Counted from the stretch's first letter, positions 1-9,744 are shown. The stretch: 64,000 nt of DNA from Oscillospiraceae bacterium (GCA_015064695.1 SVRS01000003.1:15025-79024), one strand, 5' to 3'. The notes: a model not told the origin generated them from the sequence alone. Translations and numbers: made by a program.

Positions 1-67
1 CGACAGATTTTAATGTCTGTCGGGGGTTGTTTATTCTGTTCGATAAATTGGAATTGGCTGAACTAAA

Positions 68-634
68 TTATGGTAATAAATGCCCATCGGTAATTTGTAT
101 AAGTTCAGTAACAATTGCTCTATAGTACTTTGAAAACCTGTTATCTGACTCGCTTATGTTGCTTAAATCTATCTCAAATCTTATGAGCCTATCAACAATA
201 TGATTAGAAATGGTTTTTCGGTATTCAGTACAATACTCATAACGATGGACAATCAGTTTATTATTTTGTTCTTCATCTAATAGCCGATTGTACAAGTCAG
301 TGATTACATGTTCCTCAACAACCTGCACTTTGTTTTCACTTACAAGTTCTTCGCTCCAAGATGTTTTATTTCTTTGGAACCCTTCATCATTCAAAAAATA
401 TACTGAGCAAGTCTTGCCTTGGTATACAGATTTGAAAGCATCTGGATAACATTCGCAAATAACAGGATTTCCATTTTTATCAGTAGACAGAATAAAGTCA
501 AAATCATCCCATTTTGCTCCAAATAGAAGACCCGTTACCAAATTTTCTATTGCATATACATATCCAACTTTATGTGTTGAAACTCTCGGTTGAAGAGTTT
601 TTAGACCAGCAACTGGTGATACATGATATAACAT
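68..634 (-). CDS. hypothetical protein (188 aa) in an AT-rich segment at the window edge
   Basis: Intact ORF. GGAGGG RBS 5 nt upstream of the ATG on the minus strand (plus 640-646). Composition is clearly more AT-rich than the window bulk. No motif recognised. Confidence 0.5.
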   Translation of the reverse strand: MLYHVSPVAGLKTLQPRVSTHKVGYVYAIENLVTGLLFGAKWDDFDFILSTDKNGNPVICECYPDAFKSVYQGKTCSVYFLNDEGFQRNKTSWSEELVSENKVQVVEEHVITDLYNRLLDEEQNNKLIVHRYEYCTEYRKTISNHIVDRLIRFEIDLSNISESDNRFSKYYRAIVTELIQITDGHLLP

Positions 635-740
635 AACTTCCCTCCGTCAAATTCTTATTTATTGTTCTGTTTTATCGCCAGTTTCGCCTTTGTATTACAA
701 AGGCTTAGGGCAAAGCCCATACCCCTAAGGTTGCGAGCAT

Positions 741-922
741 CCAAAGGCTCTCCCTTTGGGAGCGCCGCCGAACAAGTTCGGCACGCGATAGCGGGTGAGA
801 GGGAGTTTCATTCCATAATCTAACCCTCTCCGTCGGCTTCGCCGCCACCTCTCCCGAAGGGAGAGGCTTTTCGTTAGCTCCATTATATCACAAATCGGCA
901 GAGAAAACAAGTTCTCTGCCGA
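741..922. repeat. cluster of short perfect hairpins in an intergenic region
   Basis: CCAAAGG-5-CCTTTGG (741-759), GCCGAAC-AA-GTTCGGC (767-782), GAGAGGG/CCCTCTC (797-803/824-830), CCTCTCCC-GAA-GGGAGAGG (848-866), TCGGCAGAGAA-6-TTCTCTGCCGA (895-922). Confidence 0.7.
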
Positions 923-998
923 AATTTTGTGACTGCCATTTCTCCGTTAAGAATGCAGAGAGAACGCGATGCCCTCGTTTTAATATTCTCTCGGAGGA

Positions 999-1700
999 TC
1001 AGCCGCCGCAACGACGGTTTATGCTTTCGACTAAGCCGGAGGCATCCATATCATTCTTGGTAGGGATGCGCATCAACTCCTCGTCGGCACCCTCGATGAC
1101 CATCTCGCACCATTTTACGGTCAAGGGCTTACCCGTATTGGTCAACGTAATCTGCGTGCTATGCTCATCCAGATAAGCCTTTTTGATTCCTGAAAAGCTC
1201 AACTGTTCGGATACGTCGGTGATTCCCTTTCCCTCCGCCTCGTTCAGCTCCGAGATCGTCAATGTACGGCTCACCACCATAATCGTATCCTTGGTGAAGA
1301 ACAGATGGGTGCGGGTGTACACGTCCGAAATGGGCGTGCTGTTCTTTCCGCGCTTGAAATACTTGGCCTGCTCGTCAAACCGATAGGATGCCATCTCCAC
1401 GGGAGCAGGCTGCTTCAGGACAATGCGCTCGTACCCGTTCATATCCGTAACGGATTTATCGTAATTCAACATAGCGTGCTCGATCTGCTCGAGAACGTCG
1501 TTATCGGATACCAGCTTCGAGCCGCCGACCAGGAACAAAACCAATCCAACGGGAATGAAAACAGTAGCCAATATATAGGATATAAATCCCATACGCAAAA
1601 ATAACATAACCAAGCCGAGAGGTAAAAGGACCATACCAATCGGACGAATGACGTCCTTTTGATGGTAGTAACGGGTTCCGTCGTTCAAATTCTTTTTCAT
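999..1700 (-). CDS. hypothetical membrane protein (233 aa; two N-terminal TM helices plus a soluble domain)
   Basis: Intact ORF. Hydrophobic stretches IGMVLLPLGLVMLFL and ILATVFIPVGLVLFLVG. The 895-922 hairpin lies downstream on the minus strand. Confidence 0.6.
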   Translation of the reverse strand: MKKNLNDGTRYYHQKDVIRPIGMVLLPLGLVMLFLRMGFISYILATVFIPVGLVLFLVGGSKLVSDNDVLEQIEHAMLNYDKSVTDMNGYERIVLKQPAPVEMASYRFDEQAKYFKRGKNSTPISDVYTRTHLFFTKDTIMVVSRTLTISELNEAEGKGITDVSEQLSFSGIKKAYLDEHSTQITLTNTGKPLTVKWCEMVIEGADEELMRIPTKNDMDASGLVESINRRCGG

Positions 1701-1906
1701 ACCTGTAATTGAACCTTTCCATAATGCTGTGAATCGATCGCAGACAGAAAAAATCTTCCCTGCTTTCCGGTTATATTATACATCTACTATTACACAATGT
1801 CAATAGACGATTAGTTGAATTTGATGCAACTAAAAGTTGATTTATTTATTTTATTTACCAAATATAACCCCCCAAAAATAAATTTGTAAATATTCTTAAA
1901 TTCCTA

Positions 1907-1935
1907 TGGAAATTTTCGCAAAAGTGTGCTATAAT
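1907..1935 (+). promoter_or_regulatory. candidate extended -10 promoter of lon
   Basis: TGcTATAAT at 1927-1935. The -35 is poor (TGGAAA). Confidence 0.35.
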
Positions 1936-2039
1936 ATAGAGAAACTATAATGGATGATTGTATTCAATCCAAGATTCCTATTTATCCCATAAGTTTTATC
2001 CATAAAGCTTGCCCTATTTGAAAGGATCCCCTCATTATC

Positions 2040-4469
2040 ATGCCTACTTATATTGAAAAAGCCGAAAACCAGACCCTGCCCCTCGTAGTTCTGCGGGGTG
2101 TAGTGGCCTTTCCCGGAATGACCGTCAACTGTGACATTCCCAAGGACAGTTTCAAGTCTGCCGCCGCCGCGCAGTCAGCCGCATCCGGCGGAGAGCTGGT
2201 GGTACTGGCATCCCTTCTGGATATTTCCGAGCCCGACACCGGTGAACCCGATATCACAAAGCTTTGCCCCGTGGGCACCGTAGCCCGCATCAAACAGCTC
2301 ATCCGCACCCCCGATGGCGACACTCGCCTCATTGCGGAGGGCACCTGCCGCGCTCAACTCTCCTCCATCATTCCTCTGGGGAAATTCACGGTGGCCAACG
2401 TCATTTCCAAGGCTATCATGACCGATGATAACGGCGGCATCGAGGGAGAAGCCTACCTCAGAGAGGCAAACAAGGTCCTGCAGAGCATCGTGCGCTTCAT
2501 TCCTGCCGTGGCCGACGATATCCTGACCCACGTCAGCACCATCAAGAACCCCGGCCTTTACGCTGATTTCGTGGCGGCAAACATTCTGGTTCGTTACGAG
2601 GATAAGCAGGCCATCCTGGAATGCTTTGAGCCCATGGTGCGGATCGATACCCTGATTCTCATCATGCGCCACGAAGGCGAGCTGCTCTCCACAGAGAACG
2701 AGATCAACCGCCGCGTTCGCGCAAGACTCAACCGCCATCAAAGAGAATTCTACCTCCGCGAGGAGATGAAGGTCATTCAGGATGAGTTGGGTGAGGGAGG
2801 TGGCGATCCCGACGAGTTCTACAACCGCATTCTGGAGGCTAAGCTCCCTGAGGAGATCGAGGAAAAATTGCTCAAGGAGAACAGCAAGCTGGCTCGTCTT
2901 CCTTTCGGCTCGGCTGAGTCCTCGGTAATCTCCAATTACCTGGACGTTTGCCTGGAGCTTCCCTGGACAAAATCCTCTCGCGACCGTGTAGATGTGGTCG
3001 CCGCCCGTAAGATACTGGATGCCGATCATGACGGCATGGAGAAGATCAAGGAGCGCATCCTGGAATTCATGGCAGTCAAACAAATTGCCCCTGAGCTGAA
3101 AAATCAGATTATTTGTCTCGTCGGCCCTCCCGGCGTAGGTAAGACCTCCATCGCCGCCTCCATTGCCCGCGCCATGAAGCGCAAGTATGTTCGCGTATCC
3201 TTGGGCGGCGTACGAGATGAATCGGATATCCGCGGCCACAGAAAAACCTACATCGGCGCAATGCCCGGCCGTATCGTTACCGCTCTGTCCCAGGTGGGAG
3301 TCCGAAATCCTCTCATGCTTTTGGACGAAATCGACAAGCTCACCCGCGACGCCCACGGCGACCCCTCCTCCGCTCTTTTGGAGGTTCTGGATCCCGAGCA
3401 GAACAAGTTCTTCCGCGATCACTTTGTGGAAATGCCCTTCGACCTTTCGGATTGTCTGTTCATCGCCACCGCCAATTCCCTGGATACCATTCCGAAGCCC
3501 TTGATCGACCGTATGGAGATCATTCAGCTTCCCTCCTATACAAAGAATGAAAAGATCAGCATCGCTGTCAATCACCTCATTCCCAAGCAGCTCAAAAAGC
3601 ATGGTTTGACTAAGCGAACTTTCAAGATCACCAATGAGGCTGTCTCCGAGGTCATCGACTACTACACCCGTGAAGCGGGCGTGCGTAATTTGGAGCGCTC
3701 CATGGCCGCCCTCTGCCGAAAGGCTGCTAAACGGTTGGTCGAGGAGGAAGGGCTCAAGCGTGTCACCATTGATGCCGAAGACGTCAAAGCCTACCTGGGT
3801 GCCCGCAAAATGCGCCCCGAGCATATTTCTCCCGAGGACGAGGTCGGCGTGGTCAACGGCTTGGCTTACACCGAGTCAGGCGGCGACATGCTCCGCGTTG
3901 AAGTAGCAATTCTGGACGGAACCGGAAAGATTGAGCTGACAGGATCCCTGGGCGACGTCATGAAGGAATCCGCCAAAACAGCCTTGACCTTCGTTCGCAG
4001 CATTGCCGCCCAGTACAACATTCCCTCCGACTTCTACCAAAAGAAGGATATTCACATTCACGTTCCCGAGGGTGCGATTCCCAAGGACGGTCCTTCTGCC
4101 GGTGTGACCATGACCACCGCATTGCTCTCGGCTTTGGCCAATATCCCCGTTCGCCGCGACGTGGCCATGACGGGAGAGGTAACCCTGCGAGGCAACGTCC
4201 TACCCATCGGTGGGCTGAAGGAGAAGACCATGGCCGCATACGCCGCCGGCGTAAAGACGGTCTGCATCCCCGCCGACAACGTGGGAGATCTTGACGAAAT
4301 CGATCCTATCGCGCGCGAGAATCTGACCTTCATTCCCTGCCGCCGCGCATCTGAGGTACTGGCCGCCGCACTCGCACTCCCCGTCCGTGACGCAGAAGCC
4401 ACACCCGTGACCGAGATCCCCGAGGGGATGCTGACCACCGTAACGGTACAGCCTTCCCAATCGCTGTAA
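2040..4469 (+). CDS. lon: ATP-dependent Lon protease
   Basis: 809 aa. Walker A GPPGVGKTS, catalytic Ser motif PKDGPSAGVTM, Lon N-terminal domain. Confidence 0.95.
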   Translation: MPTYIEKAENQTLPLVVLRGVVAFPGMTVNCDIPKDSFKSAAAAQSAASGGELVVLASLLDISEPDTGEPDITKLCPVGTVARIKQLIRTPDGDTRLIAEGTCRAQLSSIIPLGKFTVANVISKAIMTDDNGGIEGEAYLREANKVLQSIVRFIPAVADDILTHVSTIKNPGLYADFVAANILVRYEDKQAILECFEPMVRIDTLILIMRHEGELLSTENEINRRVRARLNRHQREFYLREEMKVIQDELGEGGGDPDEFYNRILEAKLPEEIEEKLLKENSKLARLPFGSAESSVISNYLDVCLELPWTKSSRDRVDVVAARKILDADHDGMEKIKERILEFMAVKQIAPELKNQIICLVGPPGVGKTSIAASIARAMKRKYVRVSLGGVRDESDIRGHRKTYIGAMPGRIVTALSQVGVRNPLMLLDEIDKLTRDAHGDPSSALLEVLDPEQNKFFRDHFVEMPFDLSDCLFIATANSLDTIPKPLIDRMEIIQLPSYTKNEKISIAVNHLIPKQLKKHGLTKRTFKITNEAVSEVIDYYTREAGVRNLERSMAALCRKAAKRLVEEEGLKRVTIDAEDVKAYLGARKMRPEHISPEDEVGVVNGLAYTESGGDMLRVEVAILDGTGKIELTGSLGDVMKESAKTALTFVRSIAAQYNIPSDFYQKKDIHIHVPEGAIPKDGPSAGVTMTTALLSALANIPVRRDVAMTGEVTLRGNVLPIGGLKEKTMAAYAAGVKTVCIPADNVGDLDEIDPIARENLTFIPCRRASEVLAAALALPVRDAEATPVTEIPEGMLTTVTVQPSQSL

Positions 4470-4481
4470 AGGAGGCTACCC

Positions 4482-5102
4482 ATGGCCAATCCCATCAATC
4501 TGCAAAACGTAGCTCTCCGCATGACGGCAGGCGAGATCCGTCAATTCCCCTCTGACCCCATTCCGCAGATCGCTCTGTCGGGCCGCTCCAACGTGGGCAA
4601 AAGCTCGCTGATCAATTCCATCCTGGGTCGAAAATCCTTGGCGCGTGTCAGCTCCGCTCCCGGCAAGACCATCACCGTAAATTTCTACGAGATCGACAAA
4701 AAGCTCTTTCTGGTGGATCTCCCCGGCTACGGCTTTGCCAAACGGCCCAAGGAGGATCAGATCAAGTGGCAGACCCTGACCGACGGATTCTTCACCAAGA
4801 ATCCCAACATCGACCGTCTGGCTGCTGTGGCCCAGCTGGTGGACAGCCGCATCGGGCTGACCGAGGACGACAGTGCCATGGTGGACTACCTCCGCGCCGC
4901 GGGTATTCCCTACTTCGTTATCGCCACCAAGGTAGACAAGCTTAACGCCACCGAGCGCAAGAACAATCTGGCCGCCATCGCTGCTGACCCCGTTCTGGAC
5001 GATGGAACCGTGGTCATTCCCTTCTCCTCCCTCAAGAATGAGGGGCGGGAGGAGGTGCTCCGTCAGATCGGCATGATGACCGGTGTTCGTATGACCAAAT
5101 GA
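4482..5102 (+). CDS. engB: ribosome biogenesis GTP-binding protein YsxC/EngB
   Basis: 206 aa. G1 GRSNVGKSSLIN, G3 DLPGYG, G4 TKVD. AAGGAGG RBS. lon-engB adjacency is typical of Firmicutes. Confidence 0.9.
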   Translation: MANPINLQNVALRMTAGEIRQFPSDPIPQIALSGRSNVGKSSLINSILGRKSLARVSSAPGKTITVNFYEIDKKLFLVDLPGYGFAKRPKEDQIKWQTLTDGFFTKNPNIDRLAAVAQLVDSRIGLTEDDSAMVDYLRAAGIPYFVIATKVDKLNATERKNNLAAIAADPVLDDGTVVIPFSSLKNEGREEVLRQIGMMTGVRMTK

Positions 5103-5117
5103 CTCGATCGCCCGTTT

Positions 5118-5211
5118 CCCCTGTAGGGGCGAGCCGTGTTCGCCCGCTTGAATCGTAGAATCATCATATCTTTTCCGGCGAAGAATGGGCGAACGCGGTT
5201 CGCCCCTACGG
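5118..5211. repeat. inverted pair of a GGGCGAAC..CGCCCCTAC element
   Basis: Left arm CCTGTAGGGGCGAGCCGTGTTCGCCC (5120-5145). Right arm GGGCGAACGCGGTTCGCCCCTACGG (5187-5211). About 23/26 positions are complementary and the loop is 41 nt. Confidence 0.75.
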
Positions 5212-5238
5212 AAAAGAATAAATTTGAGGGACACAATC

Positions 5239-6543
5239 ATGAACCTTTTGTACAACCATTTATCCGTCAATGAGAAAGGCCATCTCGCCATCGGCGGGAT
5301 GGATACCGTTGAGCTGGCTCGGGAATACGGCACGCCCGCCTACATCATGGACGAGAATGCTATCCGCGCCATGATGCGCACCTATCTGGATGCCGCTCAC
5401 GCTTATTTCGGCGCTGATGCACTTCCCTTGTATGCTTCCAAGGCGCTGTGCTTTACGGGTATTTACCGCATCGCCGCCGAGGAGGGCATGGGCGTTGACT
5501 GCGTTTCGGGCGGTGAGCTTTACACCGCAAGAGCCGCGGGATTCCCCGCAGATCGCATCTACTTCCACGGCAACAACAAAACCGAGCGAGATATTTGCGA
5601 TGCCATGGATATGGGAGTCGGCACCTTCGTGGTGGATAACATCGACGAGCTTCTGACCCTGGAGGCCCACGCCGCAGAGCGAGGCATCACCCAGCGCATC
5701 CTGCTCCGCATTACTCCCGGTATTGATCCTCACACCCACAAGGCCATTGTAACCGGCTCGGTAGATTCCAAGTTCGGCTCCGCCATTGAGACGGGACAGG
5801 CCATGGAGATCGTCAAGCTGGCGCTGGATCAGCCTCACATCCATCTGTCAGGCTTCCATTGCCATATCGGCTCTCAGATTTTCGACACCGATCCCTTCTC
5901 CGAGGCCGCCGACATCATGGTACGCTTCATCGCATCGGTGAAGGACGAATGCGATTACGAGGTAGAGGAGTTGAATCTGGGTGGCGGTCTGGGCGTGCCC
6001 TACACTGAGTTCGACCGTCCTGTGGATTACGCCGCCGCCATCAAGGACATGGCAACCATTGTCCACGGCTTCTGCGACACCCACGGCGTGAAGATGCCCA
6101 AGGTCATTCTGGAGCCCGGTCGCTCCCTGGTAGCCGCTGCGGGTATCACCCTATACACCGTGGGCTCGATCAAGGAAATTCCCGGCTTCCGCACCTACGT
6201 TTCTGTGGACGGCGGAATGCCCGACAACCCCCGCTATGCTCTGTATCAGTCCACCTACACCGCGCTGATCGCCAACTGTCCCGACGCTCCCCGCGACTGT
6301 CGCGTGACCATCGCAGGCCGTTGCTGTGAATCGGGAGACCTCATCGGTGAGGATATGCCCCTGCAGGAGGCTCACCGCGGCGATATTCTGGCTGTTTTGA
6401 CCACGGGTGCGTACAACTTCGCCATGGCCTCCAATTACAACCGTCTGCCCCGTCCCCCCGTGATTCTGGTCAAGGACGGAATGTCTCGCGTAGCGGTCAA
6501 ACGGGAGACCTATGAGGATCTGGTACGCAACGACGTGTTCTGA
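5239..6543 (+). CDS. lysA: diaminopimelate decarboxylase
   Basis: The track ORF (5185) starts inside the intergenic repeat, so it was trimmed to ATG 5239 preceded by GAGGGA. Motifs: YASKA, HCHIGSQ, GGGLGVPY, EPGRSLV, CESGD. Confidence 0.9.
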   Translation: MNLLYNHLSVNEKGHLAIGGMDTVELAREYGTPAYIMDENAIRAMMRTYLDAAHAYFGADALPLYASKALCFTGIYRIAAEEGMGVDCVSGGELYTARAAGFPADRIYFHGNNKTERDICDAMDMGVGTFVVDNIDELLTLEAHAAERGITQRILLRITPGIDPHTHKAIVTGSVDSKFGSAIETGQAMEIVKLALDQPHIHLSGFHCHIGSQIFDTDPFSEAADIMVRFIASVKDECDYEVEELNLGGGLGVPYTEFDRPVDYAAAIKDMATIVHGFCDTHGVKMPKVILEPGRSLVAAAGITLYTVGSIKEIPGFRTYVSVDGGMPDNPRYALYQSTYTALIANCPDAPRDCRVTIAGRCCESGDLIGEDMPLQEAHRGDILAVLTTGAYNFAMASNYNRLPRPPVILVKDGMSRVAVKRETYEDLVRNDVF

Positions 6544-6592
6544 GAAAACCGGCGTTCACTTCTCTCCCCCACCTCGAAAGGAGGTATTCCCT

Positions 6593-7333
6593 TTGAATTT
6601 TCTTCCGGATATTCTGTTGATGCTGCTCTCCATGCCCGTCATGCTGATGGCCCTTTCGGTACACGAATCTGCCCACGGCTATGCGGCGTATAAGCTGGGC
6701 GATCCCACCGCCCGCAACCTGGGGCGCATCACCCTCAATCCTGTCAAGCACTTTGATCTGTTCGGATTTTTGTCCATGCTGGTGTTCCACATCGGCTGGG
6801 CAAAGCCCGTTCCCATTAACGCACGCTATTTCAAAAAACCGCGCCGCGATATGGCCATTACAGGTGCCGCCGGCCCTCTTTCCAACGTTTGTCTCGCCCT
6901 GATCCATTTGGCGATATTGCGAATCGTTATGATCTTCATAACCAATGCCGTTCTCGGCGGGCGCATCACCTCCGAGCTTTGGATGATCGTCCTTTCCCTG
7001 ATCGTCTACCTGCTCTACATGGGGGTGATCATGAATATCGTTTTGGCTATCTTCAATCTGATTCCCATCCCTCCCTTTGACGGTTCCCGCATATTTTACG
7101 CCTTTCTCCCGCCAAAATGGTATTTCGGCGTGATGAAGTACGAGCAGTACATCATGATCGGCTGTATCATTTTTCTGTTCCTCCTCAGCCGTTTGGGCAT
7201 AAATCCCTTAGCATCCTTGGAAAGCTGGATGATCAACGGTCTCTTTACCGTAACGGGCATGGGCAGAGGCACCGCCGAGCTTGGGGTGTTCAACGCTCTG
7301 ATCAGTTACCTGAGCAATCTCATGTACGCATAA
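6593..7333 (+). CDS. site-2 protease family (peptidase M50) zinc metalloprotease, membrane protein
   Basis: HExxH motif HESAHGY, then ITLNPVKHFD, and multiple TM helices. Start trimmed to in-frame TTG 6593, 7 nt after GAAAGGAGG. The start is uncertain. Confidence 0.7.
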   Translation: MNFLPDILLMLLSMPVMLMALSVHESAHGYAAYKLGDPTARNLGRITLNPVKHFDLFGFLSMLVFHIGWAKPVPINARYFKKPRRDMAITGAAGPLSNVCLALIHLAILRIVMIFITNAVLGGRITSELWMIVLSLIVYLLYMGVIMNIVLAIFNLIPIPPFDGSRIFYAFLPPKWYFGVMKYEQYIMIGCIIFLFLLSRLGINPLASLESWMINGLFTVTGMGRGTAELGVFNALISYLSNLMYA

Positions 7334-7361
7334 ACAAAATTTTCATGAAAGGAGCGCGGAA

Positions 7362-8195
7362 GTGGAAGCACTGACCTACCATCTGGAATCCTTCGACGGC
7401 CCTTTAGACCTTCTGCTCTCCTTGATCCAAAAGAACAAGGTAGAGATCACCGATATTCCCATCGCGCTGATCTGCGATCAATATATGGAGTATATCACCG
7501 AGGCTGAACGGTTGGACATGGATCTGGCCGCTGAATTTATCGTGATGGCCTCCGAGTTGATGCTCATCAAGAGCAAAATGCTGCTTCCCAAGGCCGAGCC
7601 CGAGGAAGAAGATCCCCGGGCCGCCCTGGCTGAGGCGCTGCTCAAATTCCAGCAGGCCAAGATCGCCGCAGCCGTGCTTGCCAAGGCCTATCCCCTTTTC
7701 AGCGGGCGAATGGTCAAGGATACCGACGAGATCTCTGTGGACAAAACATTTGTGGCCGATCAATCGGTTACCTCTCTGTGTTTGGCCGTGCGACGCATCA
7801 TCGCGTATCGCGAGGAGCATCCCATGGCGGACAAGGTTACCTTCACACCGATGATCGCTAAGCCCATCGTCCCCGTAGAGGCCAAGATCGTAGGAATTCT
7901 GCGACACTTTGAGACCCGGGAGCAGGTATCCATGACGGATCTGTTGGAGGATTCCGTTTCCCTACCCGATATGATAGCCATCTTTTTGGGCGTTCTGGAG
8001 CTTGTCAAGATGCGTCGGATCATCTTGATAGAAAACGACGTTGACGGCTCTGTCTTCGGCATGAAAACCGAATTTTTAAAGGGAGAGGATCCCGTGTCCG
8101 AGGATTCACCCTCTTCCGAGGACCTGATCTCGGAAGCATACTGCGACTCTGATTCTGATAACGAGGAGGTAACGACCTATGCCGACCGTTCATAA
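7362..8195 (+). CDS. scpA: segregation and condensation protein A
   Basis: N-terminus FDGPLDLLLSLIQKNKVEITDIPIA is typical of ScpA. GTG start. Followed by scpB. Confidence 0.9.
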   Translation: MEALTYHLESFDGPLDLLLSLIQKNKVEITDIPIALICDQYMEYITEAERLDMDLAAEFIVMASELMLIKSKMLLPKAEPEEEDPRAALAEALLKFQQAKIAAAVLAKAYPLFSGRMVKDTDEISVDKTFVADQSVTSLCLAVRRIIAYREEHPMADKVTFTPMIAKPIVPVEAKIVGILRHFETREQVSMTDLLEDSVSLPDMIAIFLGVLELVKMRRIILIENDVDGSVFGMKTEFLKGEDPVSEDSPSSEDLISEAYCDSDSDNEEVTTYADRS

Positions 8196-8859
8196 CTCGG
8201 CCGAGACCCAAGAGCTTTTGGGCTCGGTGGATGACGTAAAAAGAGCGATCGAAGCGATTCTGTTTGCGGCAGGATATCCCGTTAAGTACGAAAAGCTGTC
8301 CGAGGTGATCGGGCTGCCTCAGAGAGATCTGAGGAATCTGATCTCCCTTATGGCAAAGGAATACAAGGACCGCGGCATTCAGCTCCTTCTCTACCCGGAC
8401 ACCTGCCAGTTGACCACGAAGGAGGTCTTCGCACCTTACATTCGTGAAGCGCTGGGCATCAAGCGTGGCGGCAACCTCTCTGCCTCCTCCCTGGAGGTAC
8501 TGGCTGTTGTAGCCTACAACCAGCCTGTCACCCGCTCCTATGTGGATATCGTCCGTGGCGTGGATAGCTCCTACGCCGTAACATCTCTGTTGGATAAGGG
8601 ACTGATCGAAGCAGTCGGCCGGTTGGACGCGCCGGGCCGCCCCATGCTCTACGGAACTACCGACAAATTCTTGCGGGTATTCGGACTTAATTCCCTGGCC
8701 GATCTCCCCGAGACCGAGGCCTTGGATACCGCCGCCGCCCATGCTCAGGAAAATACCTCCGCGGAGGACGCAACCGCAGAGTCAACTATATCCAACGAGC
8801 AAGATTTCACCCAAGAAGCATCTGATCATCATTCGGAAGAAAAGGAGGACAGCCTATGA
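8179..8859 (+). CDS. scpB: segregation and condensation protein B
   Basis: 226 aa. ScpB-like winged-helix segments (IEAILFAAGYPV, EVLAVVAYNQPVTRSYVD, RPMLYGTT.KFL). AGGAGG RBS. Overlaps the scpA end. Confidence 0.9.
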   Translation: MPTVHNSAETQELLGSVDDVKRAIEAILFAAGYPVKYEKLSEVIGLPQRDLRNLISLMAKEYKDRGIQLLLYPDTCQLTTKEVFAPYIREALGIKRGGNLSASSLEVLAVVAYNQPVTRSYVDIVRGVDSSYAVTSLLDKGLIEAVGRLDAPGRPMLYGTTDKFLRVFGLNSLADLPETEALDTAAAHAQENTSAEDATAESTISNEQDFTQEASDHHSEEKEDSL

Positions 8860-9683
8860 TACCATTTATTGTAATCGGATGTATCATTCTGTTTTTCGTA
8901 TTCTTGTTCACGGTTCATGCCTATATCACCATTGAAATGGCTGACGATATGGCATTGACCATCCGTGTCCTTGGAATCCCCATCCGCATACTTCCCAAAA
9001 AGCCGAAAACCTACAACATCAAAAAATACACGCTGAAAAAAATTCGTAAGCGTGATGCCAAGGCCGCCCAAAAGGCTCTGAAAAAGGCCGAAAGCAAGAA
9101 GAAAAAGAAAGCACAGAAGGAACAGAAAAAAGCCGAGAAGAAGGCCGAGCTGGCCAAGTTGTCCAAGGAAGAGCTTCGCGAGCGCAAGGAGAAAAAGAAG
9201 GCTTCCCGCCCCGCACTGACCGACCTCATCCCCCTGGCATGTAACACTCTGGGACTTTTCTTCTCCCGCTTCTTTGGTAAGCTGCATATCAAGGTCGCCA
9301 TGCTCCACGTGCGCGTAGGCGCATCAGATGCCATGCAGGCCGCCGTTATTTACGGTATCGCCAACCAGGCCGTGCAGTATTTCATGGAATTCCTTCGCAA
9401 GATCTGTACCGTTAAGAGCTACGGCAACGCCGACATTCGCATTGAGCCTGATTTTCTTTCGGACAAGATTGAATTTGAATTCAACGTAACCGTACGCGTA
9501 AGCCTGGGCAACGTGCTGGGTGCCCTCTTCAAGGCGGGCTGGCATTTCCTCGTCGGCTTTATCAAGATCAAGCCGGATCCCGAGCACCCCAAGGGGAACC
9601 GCCCTCCCAAAGCCCCGAAGCCGCCCAAGGCCCCCAAGCCCGAGCCTATTCCCTGCCCCGAAGCTCCCGATCACCGCGCGTGA
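8856..9683 (+). CDS. DUF2953/YtfI-like sporulation-associated membrane protein
   Basis: ATGA overlap with the scpB stop. N-terminal TM helix, K/E-rich low-complexity insert, PKAPKP repeats. Its position immediately upstream of ytfJ/gerW matches B. subtilis ytfI-ytfJ. Confidence 0.55.
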   Translation: MIPFIVIGCIILFFVFLFTVHAYITIEMADDMALTIRVLGIPIRILPKKPKTYNIKKYTLKKIRKRDAKAAQKALKKAESKKKKKAQKEQKKAEKKAELAKLSKEELRERKEKKKASRPALTDLIPLACNTLGLFFSRFFGKLHIKVAMLHVRVGASDAMQAAVIYGIANQAVQYFMEFLRKICTVKSYGNADIRIEPDFLSDKIEFEFNVTVRVSLGNVLGALFKAGWHFLVGFIKIKPDPEHPKGNRPPKAPKPPKAPKPEPIPCPEAPDHRA

Positions 9684-9744
9684 TCCCTCCCACAGTTCCC
9701 TTTTTAAAAAAATAAAAACACCATAAAAAGAAAGGAAAAACATC

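Noticed and set aside
725-910. 61-aa ORF in the track
   Set aside because: It is composed of consecutive perfect hairpins, has no RBS, and is best explained as a non-coding repeat region.
1750-2039. CIRCE or CtsR operator upstream of lon
   Set aside because: Neither TTAGCACTC-N9-GAGTGCTAA nor a GGTCAAA direct repeat is present. Only AT-rich sequence with a weak promoter was found.
2175-3824. 549-aa ORF antisense to lon
   Set aside because: It is fully nested opposite a gene with unmistakable Lon motifs. Its composition (G/V/L/D/A/H-rich, no motifs, no RBS) is typical of stop-free antisense frames in GC-rich coding DNA.
5103-5238. Lysine (L-box) riboswitch upstream of lysA
   Set aside because: The region is only ~135 nt, lacks the L-box conserved core, and is explained by the inverted repeat pair.
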